A stretch of DNA of 64,000 nucleotides from an uncultured Candidatus Saccharibacteria bacterium (GTDB lineage: Bacteria; Patescibacteriota; Minisyncoccia; Phycocordibacterales; CAIZLB01), in the NCBI GenBank assembly GCA_964417855.1, contig CAYQJB010000001.1:102709-166708 (forward strand), written 5' to 3'. Below, piece after piece: positions 39,281-48,499 of this stretch. The position numbers and the translations under genes are program-made. Every line of letters starts with the position of its first letter. Position 1 is the first letter of the stretch. Under the pieces are notes generated by a model. The model searched no databases, was not told the origin of the DNA, and saw nothing but the letters and a program-made list of their open reading frames with translations.

Positions 39281-39721
39281 CTATTTAACTGATCCACCAG
39301 CCTTCTCAATTGAAGCTCTAGCTGAAGCAGAAACACCGCAATCTACAACATTTACTCCTGGGATTACCTCTTCAGTTTTTCCCAAAATCTTTATACGAGG
39401 AAGACGTCCTTTGTATACAGAAATTATACCCTTCTCAGCTAGCATAAGTGGTGAAACCTTCTCTCCAGCCTTAAATACAACAAGCTTAGTTACATCAACA
39501 ATTGTTGGCTTAACTTGAATAGACTTGTTTGAGTTTTTACCAAGACCACGAAGCTTTGGAATTCTTTTAATAGTATCACGAAGTTCAGGTCTGATTTTTC
39601 TACCAGCACGAGCTCCTTGTCCTTTTGTTCCACGTCCTGAAGTCTTACCACGCTTTCCACCACGTCCAACCTGGACTGACTTCGCTCTTTTTGTCTTTGA
39701 TTTTACGTTATGTAATTGCAT
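39281..39721 (-). CDS. rplO: 50S ribosomal protein L15
   Basis: KRGKTSGRGTKGQGARAG Gly/Arg-rich L15 N-terminus. Directly follows rpsE (no L30 gene). Confidence 0.9.
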   Translation of the reverse strand: MQLHNVKSKTKRAKSVQVGRGGKRGKTSGRGTKGQGARAGRKIRPELRDTIKRIPKLRGLGKNSNKSIQVKPTIVDVTKLVVFKAGEKVSPLMLAEKGIISVYKGRLPRIKILGKTEEVIPGVNVVDCGVSASARASIEKAGGSVK

Positions 39722-39745
39722 AATAATTTGATTATAGTCTGAATA

Positions 39746-40462
39746 TTAATTTTCTTTTACCTCAGCAGTAGCTGATGATGAAATTCTTGCCTTCTTGAAT
39801 GAAGAAAGAGCCTTGATAGCAGCTTGTGCATTGTTTAGTTTGTTTTTTGTACCTGAACGAAGCTTTGCATTGATGTCAGTAATACCAGCAAGAACGATAA
39901 CGTCACGAACTGAACTACCAGCAACAACTCCCTTTCCTAGTGCGGGCATCATTTCTACTCTTGCACTACAGTACTTAGACACAACTGCATGAGGAATACT
40001 TCCTGTCTTTGTTAGAGGGATGGTAATAAGCTTACTTTTTGCATCTCTAACAGCTTTTTCAACAGCAAGTGATGTATCAGTTCCTTTTCCTGTCCCAACA
40101 CCAACCTTACCCTTTCTGTCCCCAATAACAACTGCTACAGCAAAGCTGAAACGTCTACCTCCAGCAGAAACTCTAGTAACACGTCTGATGTCAATCATTT
40201 TTTGATCAAACTCAGGCTTAGCTCTAGGTTCGCGTCTTGGTCCTCCTCTTCTGTCTGGTCCTCCACGTCCTCTGGGTGCTCCACCTGGGCCTCCTGGTCC
40301 ACGTGATCCTGCGCCACCACGAGCTCCCCCTCTAGAAAAAGTTCCTCTTGTGTCTGCAGGTCTTGCAGCTGGAGCTGTTGCTGATGGAGCAGTTGTAGCT
40401 GCTACTGGAGTTACCGCTGCTTCTGTTCCCGCTGTTGTATTGTTGTTAAGTGTATCGTTCAT
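39746..40462 (-). CDS. rpsE: 30S ribosomal protein S5 with about 90-aa Arg/Gly/Pro-rich N-terminal extension
   Basis: Core IDIRRVTRVSAGGRRFSFAVAVVIGDRKGKVGVGTGK. Confidence 0.9.
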   Translation of the reverse strand: MNDTLNNNTTAGTEAAVTPVAATTAPSATAPAARPADTRGTFSRGGARGGAGSRGPGGPGGAPRGRGGPDRRGGPRREPRAKPEFDQKMIDIRRVTRVSAGGRRFSFAVAVVIGDRKGKVGVGTGKGTDTSLAVEKAVRDAKSKLITIPLTKTGSIPHAVVSKYCSARVEMMPALGKGVVAGSSVRDVIVLAGITDINAKLRSGTKNKLNNAQAAIKALSSFKKARISSSATAEVKEN

Positions 40463-40468
40463 ATTATA

Positions 40469-40816
40469 TTAAAATTCTAATCCGCCTTGACGTGCTCCGT
40501 CAGCTAATGAACGGATACGTCCTGTGTAATTAAATCCACCTCTATCGAAAACCACCTTTGAAACTCCAGCAGCCTTTCCAAGCTTTGCAATTTCTGTACC
40601 TACATTTAATGAAGAATCAGTTTTTGTTCCCTTCTTATCCTTAAGTGAAGAAGCTGCAGCTAAAGTCTTACCATTTTCATCATCAATTAACTGTGCATAA
40701 ATATATGCATTTGATTTGAATACAGATAAACGAGGTCGCTCTGCACTACCAATAACCTTTGAGCGTATTCGCTTTCTTCGTCTGTCTCTTGATGATAATA
40801 TAATTTTAGTTTTCAT
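40469..40816 (-). CDS. rplR: 50S ribosomal protein L18
   Basis: RKRIRSKV...RPRLSVFKSNAYIYAQLIDD. Confidence 0.9.
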   Translation of the reverse strand: MKTKIILSSRDRRRKRIRSKVIGSAERPRLSVFKSNAYIYAQLIDDENGKTLAAASSLKDKKGTKTDSSLNVGTEIAKLGKAAGVSKVVFDRGGFNYTGRIRSLADGARQGGLEF

Positions 40817-40843
40817 GACTTTTATGGTTTAACTTTATGCAGA

Positions 40844-41377
40844 TTATGCAGCTTTCTTACCTTGCTTTCTCTTAATTACTTCTCCTTCATATCTGAATCC
40901 CTTACCCTTATATGGCTCAGGCTTCTTCAATGCTCTAACTTGTGAAGCTAGTTGAAAAACAGCTTCTTTGTCACAACCTGAGAAGATAACCTGTCCCTTT
41001 TCTGTAGTAACAGTTACACCCTCTGGTATTGCAACGTGAATTGGGTGAGAGAAACCAAGGTTTAGATTGATTTGATTTCCAACAACCTCAGCTTTATAAC
41101 CAATACCCTCTAACAAAAGCTTCTTTGTAAATTGCTCAGTAACTCCTATAACCATGTTCTTAAGGTGTGAACCATAAGTTCCCCATAAAGCTCTTGCTTG
41201 TAGGTCATGCTTAAGTGGAATAACTGTTGCTGTTCCATTTTCTACTTTAATATCAAACCCTGGTCTAATCTCTCTTGAAAGAGTACCTTTTGGGCCTTTT
41301 ACAGTTAGTAGAAAATCATTGAAGATAACTTCTGTTTTTTCCGGGATATTTATTATTTGTTTTCCTATTCTTGACAT
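40844..41377 (-). CDS. rplF: 50S ribosomal protein L6
   Basis: MSRIGKQIINIPEKTEV (start taken at Met13 of track ORF). Two L6 repeats. Confidence 0.85.
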   Translation of the reverse strand: MSRIGKQIINIPEKTEVIFNDFLLTVKGPKGTLSREIRPGFDIKVENGTATVIPLKHDLQARALWGTYGSHLKNMVIGVTEQFTKKLLLEGIGYKAEVVGNQINLNLGFSHPIHVAIPEGVTVTTEKGQVIFSGCDKEAVFQLASQVRALKKPEPYKGKGFRYEGEVIKRKQGKKAA

Positions 41378-41387
41378 ATTATTTAAA

Positions 41388-41777
41388 TTACCAAATTTTG
41401 AACAAAACCTCACCTCCGACCTTTTCCTTTCTTGCTTGACGATCTGTCATAATACCGTTAGGTGTTGTCAGAATCAAAGCTCCATAACCATTAAGTACTG
41501 ACTTAATTTCTTTAGCCTTTGTATATGTTCTGCGTGATTGCTTTGAGATTTGTTGAACTCCCTCAATCTTTGCTTTACCATCTACGTATATTAATTCAAT
41601 TTCTAGAGTCTTAGAAACTTTCTTTCCTTTTTTTGAGTAGTCTTTAATAAAACCTTCTCTCTTAAGAACCTCAAGTATTGACTCTTTTAATTTTGAATAA
41701 GGAAGAGTTGTTGTAGCTTTACCAGCTACATTTGCATTCTTAATATGTATTATTATTTGTGATATTGGATCTACCAT
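41388..41777 (-). CDS. rpsH: 30S ribosomal protein S8
   Basis: [19 protein letters not shown]8 N-terminus. Confidence 0.9.
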   Translation of the reverse strand: MVDPISQIIIHIKNANVAGKATTTLPYSKLKESILEVLKREGFIKDYSKKGKKVSKTLEIELIYVDGKAKIEGVQQISKQSRRTYTKAKEIKSVLNGYGALILTTPNGIMTDRQARKEKVGGEVLFKIW

Positions 41778-41956
41778 GATGATTTTTTAATTCCTGGGAT
41801 TCTGCCTTCGTTAGCAGCCTCTCTAAAGCAGATACGGCACATACCGAAGTCTCGCATGTAACCGTGAACGCGACCGCATCTGAAACAACGTCTCACAATA
41901 CGACTTGAGAACTTTGGTTTTTTGAGTGATCTTACGAATGTTGATGTTTTTGCCAT
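41771..41956 (-). CDS. rpsZ: 30S ribosomal protein S14 type Z (zinc-ribbon form)
   Basis: 61 aa. [24 protein letters not shown]4 zinc ribbon. Confidence 0.85.
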   Translation of the reverse strand: MAKTSTFVRSLKKPKFSSRIVRRCFRCGRVHGYMRDFGMCRICFREAANEGRIPGIKKSSW

Positions 41957-42005
41957 ATCTTTTGTGTTTTTGAATCCTAGCAGTTTAATGCCCTAAAGTC
42001 AACGT

Positions 42006-42557
42006 TTATTTAACGTCTTCCTTTCGGAACAAGAAGCCAAAATAATCCATTAATGCTTTAACCTCGGCCTTGGTCTTAGCTGTTGTAACTAAAGTTACAG
42101 CAAATCCGAAAACATCCTTTAATTCCTCATCAGATGTCTCAGCAAACACTGTATGCTCCTTAATTCCAAGAGTATAATTACCCATAGAATCAATAGCAGT
42201 AACTTTAATTCCTCTAAAGTCTCTTGTTCGAGGAAGTGCAACGTTTACCAATTTCTCGATAAAACTCCACATTCTCTCACCTCTTAAAGTAACTTGCCAT
42301 CCTACAATGTCCCCCTCTCTAACCTTAAATGATGCAATAGATTTCTTAGCTGCTGTTTGAGTAGCTTTTTGTCCTGCAATCTTTGTTAGACGGTCTCCAA
42401 TCAAAGCCTTCTTCTTTGGATCTTTAATTGAACCTTGTGTTGCAGAAAGAACAACCTTCAATACCTTTGGAGCTTGAAGCTTGTTTGTATATCCAAACTC
42501 ACCCTTTAGGGTTTCGTATGTTTTTGCTGCTTTTTCTTTTACTGTTTGATGTTTCAT
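42006..42557 (-). CDS. rplE: 50S ribosomal protein L5
   Basis: Conserved L5 core GFAVTL, position in spc operon. Confidence 0.9.
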   Translation of the reverse strand: MKHQTVKEKAAKTYETLKGEFGYTNKLQAPKVLKVVLSATQGSIKDPKKKALIGDRLTKIAGQKATQTAAKKSIASFKVREGDIVGWQVTLRGERMWSFIEKLVNVALPRTRDFRGIKVTAIDSMGNYTLGIKEHTVFAETSDEELKDVFGFAVTLVTTAKTKAEVKALMDYFGFLFRKEDVK

Positions 42558-42580
42558 AATATTTCTTTAATAATCAATAA

Positions 42581-42901
42581 CTATATTGCCTTCCCTGTCT
42601 TTCTATCTATTCTAACCTTCTTGTCTCCAATAACCTTACTTCCAACACGAGTTGGCTTACCGCCGACAACGATTGCAACGTTAGAAACATGAATTGGCAT
42701 AGCAACCTCTACAATTTGGCCCTTTTGAGTACTACTTTTAGCACGCATATGCTTCTTTAGAAGGTTAATACCCTCAACGACAACTTTTGAGTCATCAGGA
42801 ATAGCTCTGGCAACTTTTCCAGTTTTACCCTTATCTCTACCAGCTATCACTATTATGTTGTCTCCTTTCTTGATTTTCATGTTTTTAAATTTATGTTGCA
42901 A
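42581..42901 (-). CDS. rplX: 50S ribosomal protein L24
   Basis: [25 protein letters not shown] motif. Confidence 0.9.
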   Translation of the reverse strand: MQHKFKNMKIKKGDNIIVIAGRDKGKTGKVARAIPDDSKVVVEGINLLKKHMRAKSSTQKGQIVEVAMPIHVSNVAIVVGGKPTRVGSKVIGDKKVRIDRKTGKAI

Positions 42902-42919
42902 TTATTAATATTTTACGAT

Positions 42920-43288
42920 TTATACAACCTCCGCTGCTAAAGAAACGATTTTTTGATATTTTTCTGACAACTCTCTTGGAATTGGTCCGAAAACACGTCC
43001 TCCAAGTGGCTCACCCTTTGTCTTATCAATTAGAACAACTGCGTTCTCATCAAATCTAACATAAGAACCATCCTTTCTTCTGAAGGCCTTCTTTTGACGA
43101 ACAACCACAGCGCGGTGAATGTCTTTCTTCTTTACAGGCTTTCTTGGCTCTGCTTTTTGGATTGAGATAACTACTATCTCTCCGATTTCAGCATATCTCT
43201 TTTTTGAAGATCCAAGAACCTTAAACACACGGCCTATCTTTCCGCCGGAGTTGTCTGCTATTGAAACTATTGATCGTGGTTGTAACAT
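42920..43288 (-). CDS. rplN: 50S ribosomal protein L14
   Basis: MLQPRSIVSIADNSGGK L14 N-terminus. Confidence 0.9.
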   Translation of the reverse strand: MLQPRSIVSIADNSGGKIGRVFKVLGSSKKRYAEIGEIVVISIQKAEPRKPVKKKDIHRAVVVRQKKAFRRKDGSYVRFDENAVVLIDKTKGEPLGGRVFGPIPRELSEKYQKIVSLAAEVV

Positions 43289-43297
43289 ATTGGTAGA

Positions 43298-43567
43298 TTA
43301 AATTAACTTAAAGTGTTTATCCTTTGAGATTGGGCGACACTCGACAATCTCTACTTTGTCTCCGATGTTCTTTGTGTTTCCAGCATCGTGAGCCTTGTAC
43401 TTTTTGTGTGACTTAACATACTTATTGTACTTAGGAACCTTTGCATATTGTTGTACAGATACCACAATAGTGTCTGTCATCTTATTTGAAGTCACAACAC
43501 CAGCAAGCACTTTTTTATTTGATGCTACTGATTGAACTTCTTCTGTTGTATTAATTGTCTTTTTCAT
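43298..43567 (-). CDS. rpsQ: 30S ribosomal protein S17
   Basis: OB-fold S17 core VVTSNKMTDTIVVSV...KYKAHDAGNTKNIGDKVEIVECRPIS. Confidence 0.9.
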   Translation of the reverse strand: MKKTINTTEEVQSVASNKKVLAGVVTSNKMTDTIVVSVQQYAKVPKYNKYVKSHKKYKAHDAGNTKNIGDKVEIVECRPISKDKHFKLI

Positions 43568-43585
43568 AATTTATTTATATTGCAA

Positions 43586-43801
43586 TTATTTAACTGCTTT
43601 TTTAGCTTCAAGGATTCCAGCTTTAGTTTGTGTAGTTAATTCTGTAAGGATACGAGCAATATCCTTTCTTGTGTTACGTCCCTCTTTAACATTTCTAGAT
43701 TTTGAACCTGCTCCGCTGAAACGGAAGGTCTGCAAAGAATCCTTTTTTTCATATAAGGTCTTCATCAAATCTTTTCTGTTTTTATTTTTAAAATCGTTCA
43801 T
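43586..43801 (-). CDS. rpmC: 50S ribosomal protein L29
   Basis: 71-aa helical protein between rplP and rpsQ. Confidence 0.8.
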   Translation of the reverse strand: MNDFKNKNRKDLMKTLYEKKDSLQTFRFSGAGSKSRNVKEGRNTRKDIARILTELTTQTKAGILEAKKAVK

Positions 43802-43821
43802 TTCTTTATATTTAAATATTA

Positions 43822-44244
43822 TTATTGCTCTCTACTTACTACACGAATAGTAACTGGTAATTTTTTACCTGCCTTTATTAGGGCATCCTTTGCTATTGCC
43901 TCTGTTACACCATCAACCTCAAAAAGAATTCTTCCTGGTCTGATTTCCATGCAGAAACCTTTTGGATCTCCCTTTCCTTTACCCATAGGTACCTCAGCAG
44001 CCTTTTGTGTAAAAGGTCTATCAGGAAATACTCTAGTCCACATACGTCCAGTTTTTCCAAGAGTTTTTGAAATAACCTTTCTAGCAGCTTCAATTTGGTT
44101 TGAAGTTATACGGTAAGGGCTAGTTGCCTTTAACCCATAAGAACCAAAACTAACATCAAGCCCACGAGTTTCCACTCTAACCTTCTTTGGGTTTTGACGT
44201 TGTACTTGCCACTTTCTATGCTTTACTTTTTTTGGTGCTAACAT
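43822..44244 (-). CDS. rplP: 50S ribosomal protein L16
   Basis: MLAPKKVKHRKWQ...GKGKGDPKGFCMEIRPGRILFEV. Confidence 0.9.
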   Translation of the reverse strand: MLAPKKVKHRKWQVQRQNPKKVRVETRGLDVSFGSYGLKATSPYRITSNQIEAARKVISKTLGKTGRMWTRVFPDRPFTQKAAEVPMGKGKGDPKGFCMEIRPGRILFEVDGVTEAIAKDALIKAGKKLPVTIRVVSREQ

Positions 44245-44261
44245 GGTAATATTTTAATTAA

Positions 44262-44918
44262 TTATTTCTTGAAAACTTCACCCTTATAAATCCAGACCTT
44301 TATACCGATCTTTCCATAAGGTAAGTTGGCCTCGTAGTTCTTATAGTCAATATCTGCTCTAAGAGTTTGCAATGGAATTTGTCCTTTCTTAAGACTTTCT
44401 GTTCTTGCCATTTCTGCACCCCCAAGACGACCTGTCATATAAACTCTTACTCCCTTAACCTCTCTACACATCATAACCTTCTCAACCATTTGCTTCATAA
44501 CACGTCTAAATGGCATACGCTTCTCAAGACCTTCAGCAAGCATTTGTGCAACGATAGGAGCACTTGATTCTGGTGATCTAACTTCTTCTATTTCTAGTTT
44601 AAGTAATGTTGTTACATCTTCACCATTCTTTCTCAAGAATTTCTCAACCTCTTTCTTAAGCTTTGTAGCTCCTTCACCATTTCTTCCGATTATGATTCCT
44701 GGGCGTGATGTTTTAATAATCAAACGAAATGTTTTGTCATTTCTTTCAATTTCAATATCTGAAACATATTGTCCACGCATCTTCTTTTGTAGCCATTCTC
44801 TTACAAGAATATCGCACTTAAGGTTACTACGGAATTTTGCATCAGTTGAAAACCATCGAGATTTCCAGTCTCTGATAATTCCTAGTCTATGTGCATATGG
44901 GTGAACTTTATGTGTCAT
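44262..44918 (-). CDS. rpsC: 30S ribosomal protein S3
   Basis: KH domain, plus C-terminal domain GIKVWIYKGEV. Confidence 0.9.
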   Translation of the reverse strand: MTHKVHPYAHRLGIIRDWKSRWFSTDAKFRSNLKCDILVREWLQKKMRGQYVSDIEIERNDKTFRLIIKTSRPGIIIGRNGEGATKLKKEVEKFLRKNGEDVTTLLKLEIEEVRSPESSAPIVAQMLAEGLEKRMPFRRVMKQMVEKVMMCREVKGVRVYMTGRLGGAEMARTESLKKGQIPLQTLRADIDYKNYEANLPYGKIGIKVWIYKGEVFKK

Positions 44919-44935
44919 ACTAATTTATTATATTA

Positions 44936-45394
44936 TTATTTGTTATCTTTTTTAGATTCCTTTACGACTTCAACCTTTGGAGTTGTTTTTGAAACTGCTT
45001 TAACAGCTGTTTTTGTCTTTTCATCTTTAGATGCTTTTGCAACTGCCTTTGTAGCTACAGGAGCAACGCCACCCTCAGAAAGGATTATTGATACATGACT
45101 TGAACGCTTGTTGATTCTTGAAGCTGACCCACGAGCGCGAGGCATACTTCTTTTTAGAACTCTACCTTTGTTTACTTGTATTTCTTGGATCTTAAGAGAC
45201 TCAAGATTTGTTACTCCAACATTTTTTGCATTAGCAACAGCACTCTCTAATAGTTTACCTATTGGAAGAGAAGCTCTTTTGTTTGCAAACTTTAAAGCAA
45301 CACGGGCTTGTGCAACAGTTTTACCACGGATTAACCCAGCCACTAGGGCTACCTTTCTTGGTGATTGTCTATAATTACTTAAAATTGCTTTCAT
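44936..45394 (-). CDS. rplV: 50S ribosomal protein L22 with Lys/Ala-rich C-terminal extension
   Basis: L22 core (RQSPRKVALVAGLIRGKTVAQA) plus about 40-aa tail. Confidence 0.9.
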   Translation of the reverse strand: MKAILSNYRQSPRKVALVAGLIRGKTVAQARVALKFANKRASLPIGKLLESAVANAKNVGVTNLESLKIQEIQVNKGRVLKRSMPRARGSASRINKRSSHVSIILSEGGVAPVATKAVAKASKDEKTKTAVKAVSKTTPKVEVVKESKKDNK

Positions 45395-45414
45395 GACTTT
45401 GACTTATTATTAAA

Positions 45415-45765
45415 TTATTTCTTTTTAGCTGGAGCTGCTGTTGTCGCCTTAGCTGACTTAGCTGCGGTTATTTCTGACTGCTTCTTTGCAGCATCAAGTT
45501 CCTTCTGCATCTTTCCTCCATGTCTAACGAACTTTCTTGTTGGTGAAAATTCTCCCAATCTGTGACCTACCATTTCCTCTGTTACAAGAACTTCAACATG
45601 AGTCTTTCCATTGTGTACACCGAAGATAAACCCAACCATTTCTGGTGAGATTTGACTTCCTCTGTACCAAGTCTTAATTACCCCAGTTGTCTGAGGGTTT
45701 TTGCCTTCTATCTTCTTTAGAAGTTTTGGGGCTATATATGGTCCTTTTTTTAGTGATCTTGTCAT
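45415..45765 (-). CDS. rpsS: 30S ribosomal protein S19
   Basis: [20 protein letters not shown]...[17 protein letters not shown]. Confidence 0.9.
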   Translation of the reverse strand: MTRSLKKGPYIAPKLLKKIEGKNPQTTGVIKTWYRGSQISPEMVGFIFGVHNGKTHVEVLVTEEMVGHRLGEFSPTRKFVRHGGKMQKELDAAKKQSEITAAKSAKATTAAPAKKK

Positions 45766-46020
45766 TGTTTGTGTGAAAATAATAGCCCGTGTTGAGCCAG
45801 TTAACGTATACTAGCAAAAATAATGAAAGTGTCAACCACTAAAAGGCTTATTTTAGGCATTTCGATACTATTATTGTAAAGATTATGGTCTAATTTGGGT
45901 TTTTGACTAAAATGGCCAAATTTTGATGTTTTTTTTGCCGTTTTTTTTACTGTTTCTATTAACAATAATTTATAGAAAATTAGTAATTATATATAAATTA
46001 TTCATCATAAGGGGGAGTGA

Positions 46021-46049
46021 AGGCTCGGCGGGGTAACCCCGCCGAGCCT
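46021..46049. repeat. GC-rich perfect palindrome (aggctcggcgggg taa ccccgccgagcct), copy 1 of 2, immediately downstream of paralog A
   Basis: 13-bp stem, 3-nt loop. Identical stem at 46637..46665. Confidence 0.7.
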
Positions 46050-46063
46050 AAATAAATTGCCGA

Positions 46064-46504
46064 TCAAGATACGCTTTTAAACGCTTCGATTTCAGCTTCT
46101 GCAATAATGAACCGCTGCTCATAACAACGAAGTCTTTCCCACATTGGAAGTAATACAATTGAAGGATGGTCCTCTCTAAATTGCTGCCAAAGTGGAGTAA
46201 ATTCCCAAAAATGGAGCAGGTGCTGAATCTCCTTTAGAGTTACCCCATTTTCCTTATAAAACTTTTCTACAATCAGATTTTGCTTTACCTGATCTCTAGT
46301 CCCAGAGAGCTTTTGACTTGCAAAATAAAGGTTTTCTAACATCTCAACTTTTTTCCTAATTGGCACTTCAAGATCAAGGATGCAGGAATCAGCTTCTTGA
46401 ATATTAACCCAAAAAGCAAGTCTTTCCTCCGGAATACTGTTAACATCCCAAATCTGATACAAAACACGAAAAAATCGAGCTTTAGACATATCTAAAAATT
46501 TCAT
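46064..46504 (-). CDS. Hypothetical Trp-rich protein, paralog A of a tandem pair inserted between rpsS and rplB
   Basis: Shares LYQIW.V / ER.AF / EKFY.E.GV / LP..ERL..YEQR(F/Y)I motifs with 46696..47121 (about 30% identity, judged by eye). Confidence 0.5.
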   Translation of the reverse strand: MKFLDMSKARFFRVLYQIWDVNSIPEERLAFWVNIQEADSCILDLEVPIRKKVEMLENLYFASQKLSGTRDQVKQNLIVEKFYKENGVTLKEIQHLLHFWEFTPLWQQFREDHPSIVLLPMWERLRCYEQRFIIAEAEIEAFKSVS

Positions 46505-46636
46505 ATTTTTGAGGGTGAGAGGTTGATACTTTGGATTTGACCCGTTTGGTCGATAGAAGGAGCAGATTTTGCACTCCGTACTTTATTTTATAACGCCATG
46601 CAGTTTTGTCAAAATTTAAAAGACTCATATATTAAA

Positions 46637-46665
46637 AGGCTCGGCGGGGTTCCCCCGCCGAGCCT
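46637..46665. repeat. GC-rich perfect palindrome (aggctcggcgggg ttc ccccgccgagcct), copy 2 of 2, immediately downstream of paralog B
   Basis: Same 13-bp stem as copy 1, different loop. Confidence 0.7.
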
Positions 46666-46695
46666 TTGCTAAAACTTCAAATCTTAGTATACAAA

Positions 46696-47121
46696 TCACG
46701 ATAATCCGTCGGCAAACTCACTGTAGATATAACGCTGTTCAAACCTTTCCAGACGCTCCAAAGGAGGCAGATCTGCAACAGATACGTAATCCAAGAGGTA
46801 GTTCTTGAAAGGAAGGTTAGACTCCCAATAACGCAAGCGGAAAGCTGGATCTGGTCCAACACCATGTTCCCAGTAGAACTTGTCGCTAAAGAGCCCCCTT
46901 TCACTGGTATAGCTACCCCAATCTTCTTCACCAATATGAAAAGCTTCCAATGATTGTAACTGAATCTCCTTTGGCAAGCCTTCAATGTTTCCTCCTACAG
47001 GCCCAAAAAATTTATCGAGAAAAGCCATTCTTTCGTCTGGTGTTGGGCCGACTCCCCAAATTTGATAAAGATTATTCAAGTACTCATTGCGCCCGGTCTT
47101 TACTGAACTTAACTCTTTCAT
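46696..47121 (-). CDS. Hypothetical Trp-rich protein, paralog B
   Basis: See paralog A. The overlapping 46677..46985 ORF is in another frame and rejected. Confidence 0.5.
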   Translation of the reverse strand: MKELSSVKTGRNEYLNNLYQIWGVGPTPDERMAFLDKFFGPVGGNIEGLPKEIQLQSLEAFHIGEEDWGSYTSERGLFSDKFYWEHGVGPDPAFRLRYWESNLPFKNYLLDYVSVADLPPLERLERFEQRYIYSEFADGLS

Positions 47122-47246
47122 AGTTTTGTGTTTTTGAGGTTTGTGTACTTATTCAGCGGTCAGATGACCTATGTAAGGATGCTATTTGCACTCCTACTTT
47201 AGACTACACTCCTTAAAAATTTTGTCAAAAACAGACAAACAAAAAA

Positions 47247-47263
47247 CCCGCATTTCTGCGGGG
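47247..47263 (-). terminator. Intrinsic terminator directly after rplB on the minus strand (cccgca tttc tgcggg + T-run)
   Basis: Hairpin with A6 (plus) = U6 (minus) downstream of the rplB stop. Confidence 0.6.
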
Positions 47264-47305
47264 TTTTTGTTATTAAGACCAGCCTTCTGCTAATCAAACA
47301 AAATA

Positions 47306-48148
47306 TTATCTTCTCTTTCCTACCTTTCTTCTTGTAACAATATGTTTGTTTGAGTACTTCTTTGCGCGTCTTGATTTTTGTCCCTTTCCAGTTGGCTTTC
47401 CGTAGATAGAAATAGCACGTCTTCGTCCTCTTCCTTGTCTACCTTCTCCTCCTCCATGGGGGTGATCAACTGGGTTCATGGCAGTACCTCTAACTGTAGG
47501 TCTGATACCACGGTGTCTACTAGCTCCAGCTTTTCCGATATTTTGCAAACGATTTTCATCATTTGAAACCTCTCCAATTGAAGCCCATGCAGTTTCTAGT
47601 ATCTTTCTAACTTCAGTTGATGGCATCTTAACAAGGGCGTAACCCGCGTCATGAGCAATAACTTCAGCAAAAGAACCAGCTGAACGAACAAGCTTAGCAC
47701 CTCCTTCAAATTTCAATTCTATGTTGTAAACAAATGTTCCAACAGGAATGTTCTTTAATGGAAGTCTGTTACCTGCTTTTACTTCAACCTTCTCGCCAAC
47801 GATAAACTTATCTCCAACTTTTAGTGACTTTGGCAAAACGACGTATCGCTTTTCTCCATCAGTATAAGTTACGAGAGAAATAAATGATGTACGGTTTGGA
47901 TCGTATTCAATTGTTTCGATCTTTGCAGGAATATCTTTCTTGTCATACTTAAAGTCTATTTGACGATAAAGTCTTTTGTGACCTCCACCTTTGTGTCTAG
48001 TTGTAATACGTCCAGTGTTGTTACGTCCTGATCCACGTCTAAACCCGTTTGTAAGGGGCTTGTATGGCTCGTCAGTAGTAAGAATCTGAGCGTAATTAAC
48101 GATAGCCATGTTTCGGCGTGAGGGGCTTGTTGGGTTAAATCTTTTCAT
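47306..48148 (-). CDS. rplB: 50S ribosomal protein L2
   Basis: VDHPHGGGEGRQGRGR and other L2 motifs. Confidence 0.9.
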   Translation of the reverse strand: MKRFNPTSPSRRNMAIVNYAQILTTDEPYKPLTNGFRRGSGRNNTGRITTRHKGGGHKRLYRQIDFKYDKKDIPAKIETIEYDPNRTSFISLVTYTDGEKRYVVLPKSLKVGDKFIVGEKVEVKAGNRLPLKNIPVGTFVYNIELKFEGGAKLVRSAGSFAEVIAHDAGYALVKMPSTEVRKILETAWASIGEVSNDENRLQNIGKAGASRHRGIRPTVRGTAMNPVDHPHGGGEGRQGRGRRRAISIYGKPTGKGQKSRRAKKYSNKHIVTRRKVGKRR

Positions 48149-48179
48149 ATAATTTATTTTACTTTGCGTTTCACGCTGA

Positions 48180-48476
48180 TTATGCTAGGTCTATTTTATC
48201 GCCTTTCTTTAAGAAAACATAAGCTTTCTTAATAGCACTTTTCTTTCCGACCTTTCCGCGAACGAATACTGCCTTTGCAGGAGTATTAACGATGTTAACT
48301 TTTACAGGTTTTACCTTGTATAGCGCTTCAATAGATTTAGCTATAGATGCTTTAGTAGACCTTGGAGTAACTTCAAAGACGTATTGGTTTTCACCAGCCT
48401 TTACAGTTGCCTTTTCAGTAATACGAGGGCACTTTATAACTTCCAATTGATGCTTCTTGATTGATATCTTTGTCAT
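48180..48476 (-). CDS. rplW: 50S ribosomal protein L23
   Basis: L23 core (VIKCPRITEKAT...YVFEV), position between rplD and rplB. Confidence 0.9.
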   Translation of the reverse strand: MTKISIKKHQLEVIKCPRITEKATVKAGENQYVFEVTPRSTKASIAKSIEALYKVKPVKVNIVNTPAKAVFVRGKVGKKSAIKKAYVFLKKGDKIDLA

Positions 48477-48499
48477 AGCTTTTTTATTTAGGGTGTTGG

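Noticed and set aside
46021-46665. Integron attC sites for the two palindromes
   Set aside because: attC sites are imperfect with extrahelical bases and R/L core sites (GTTRRRY). These are perfect 13-bp palindromes without such cores, and no intI is present. Treated as REP-like repeats.
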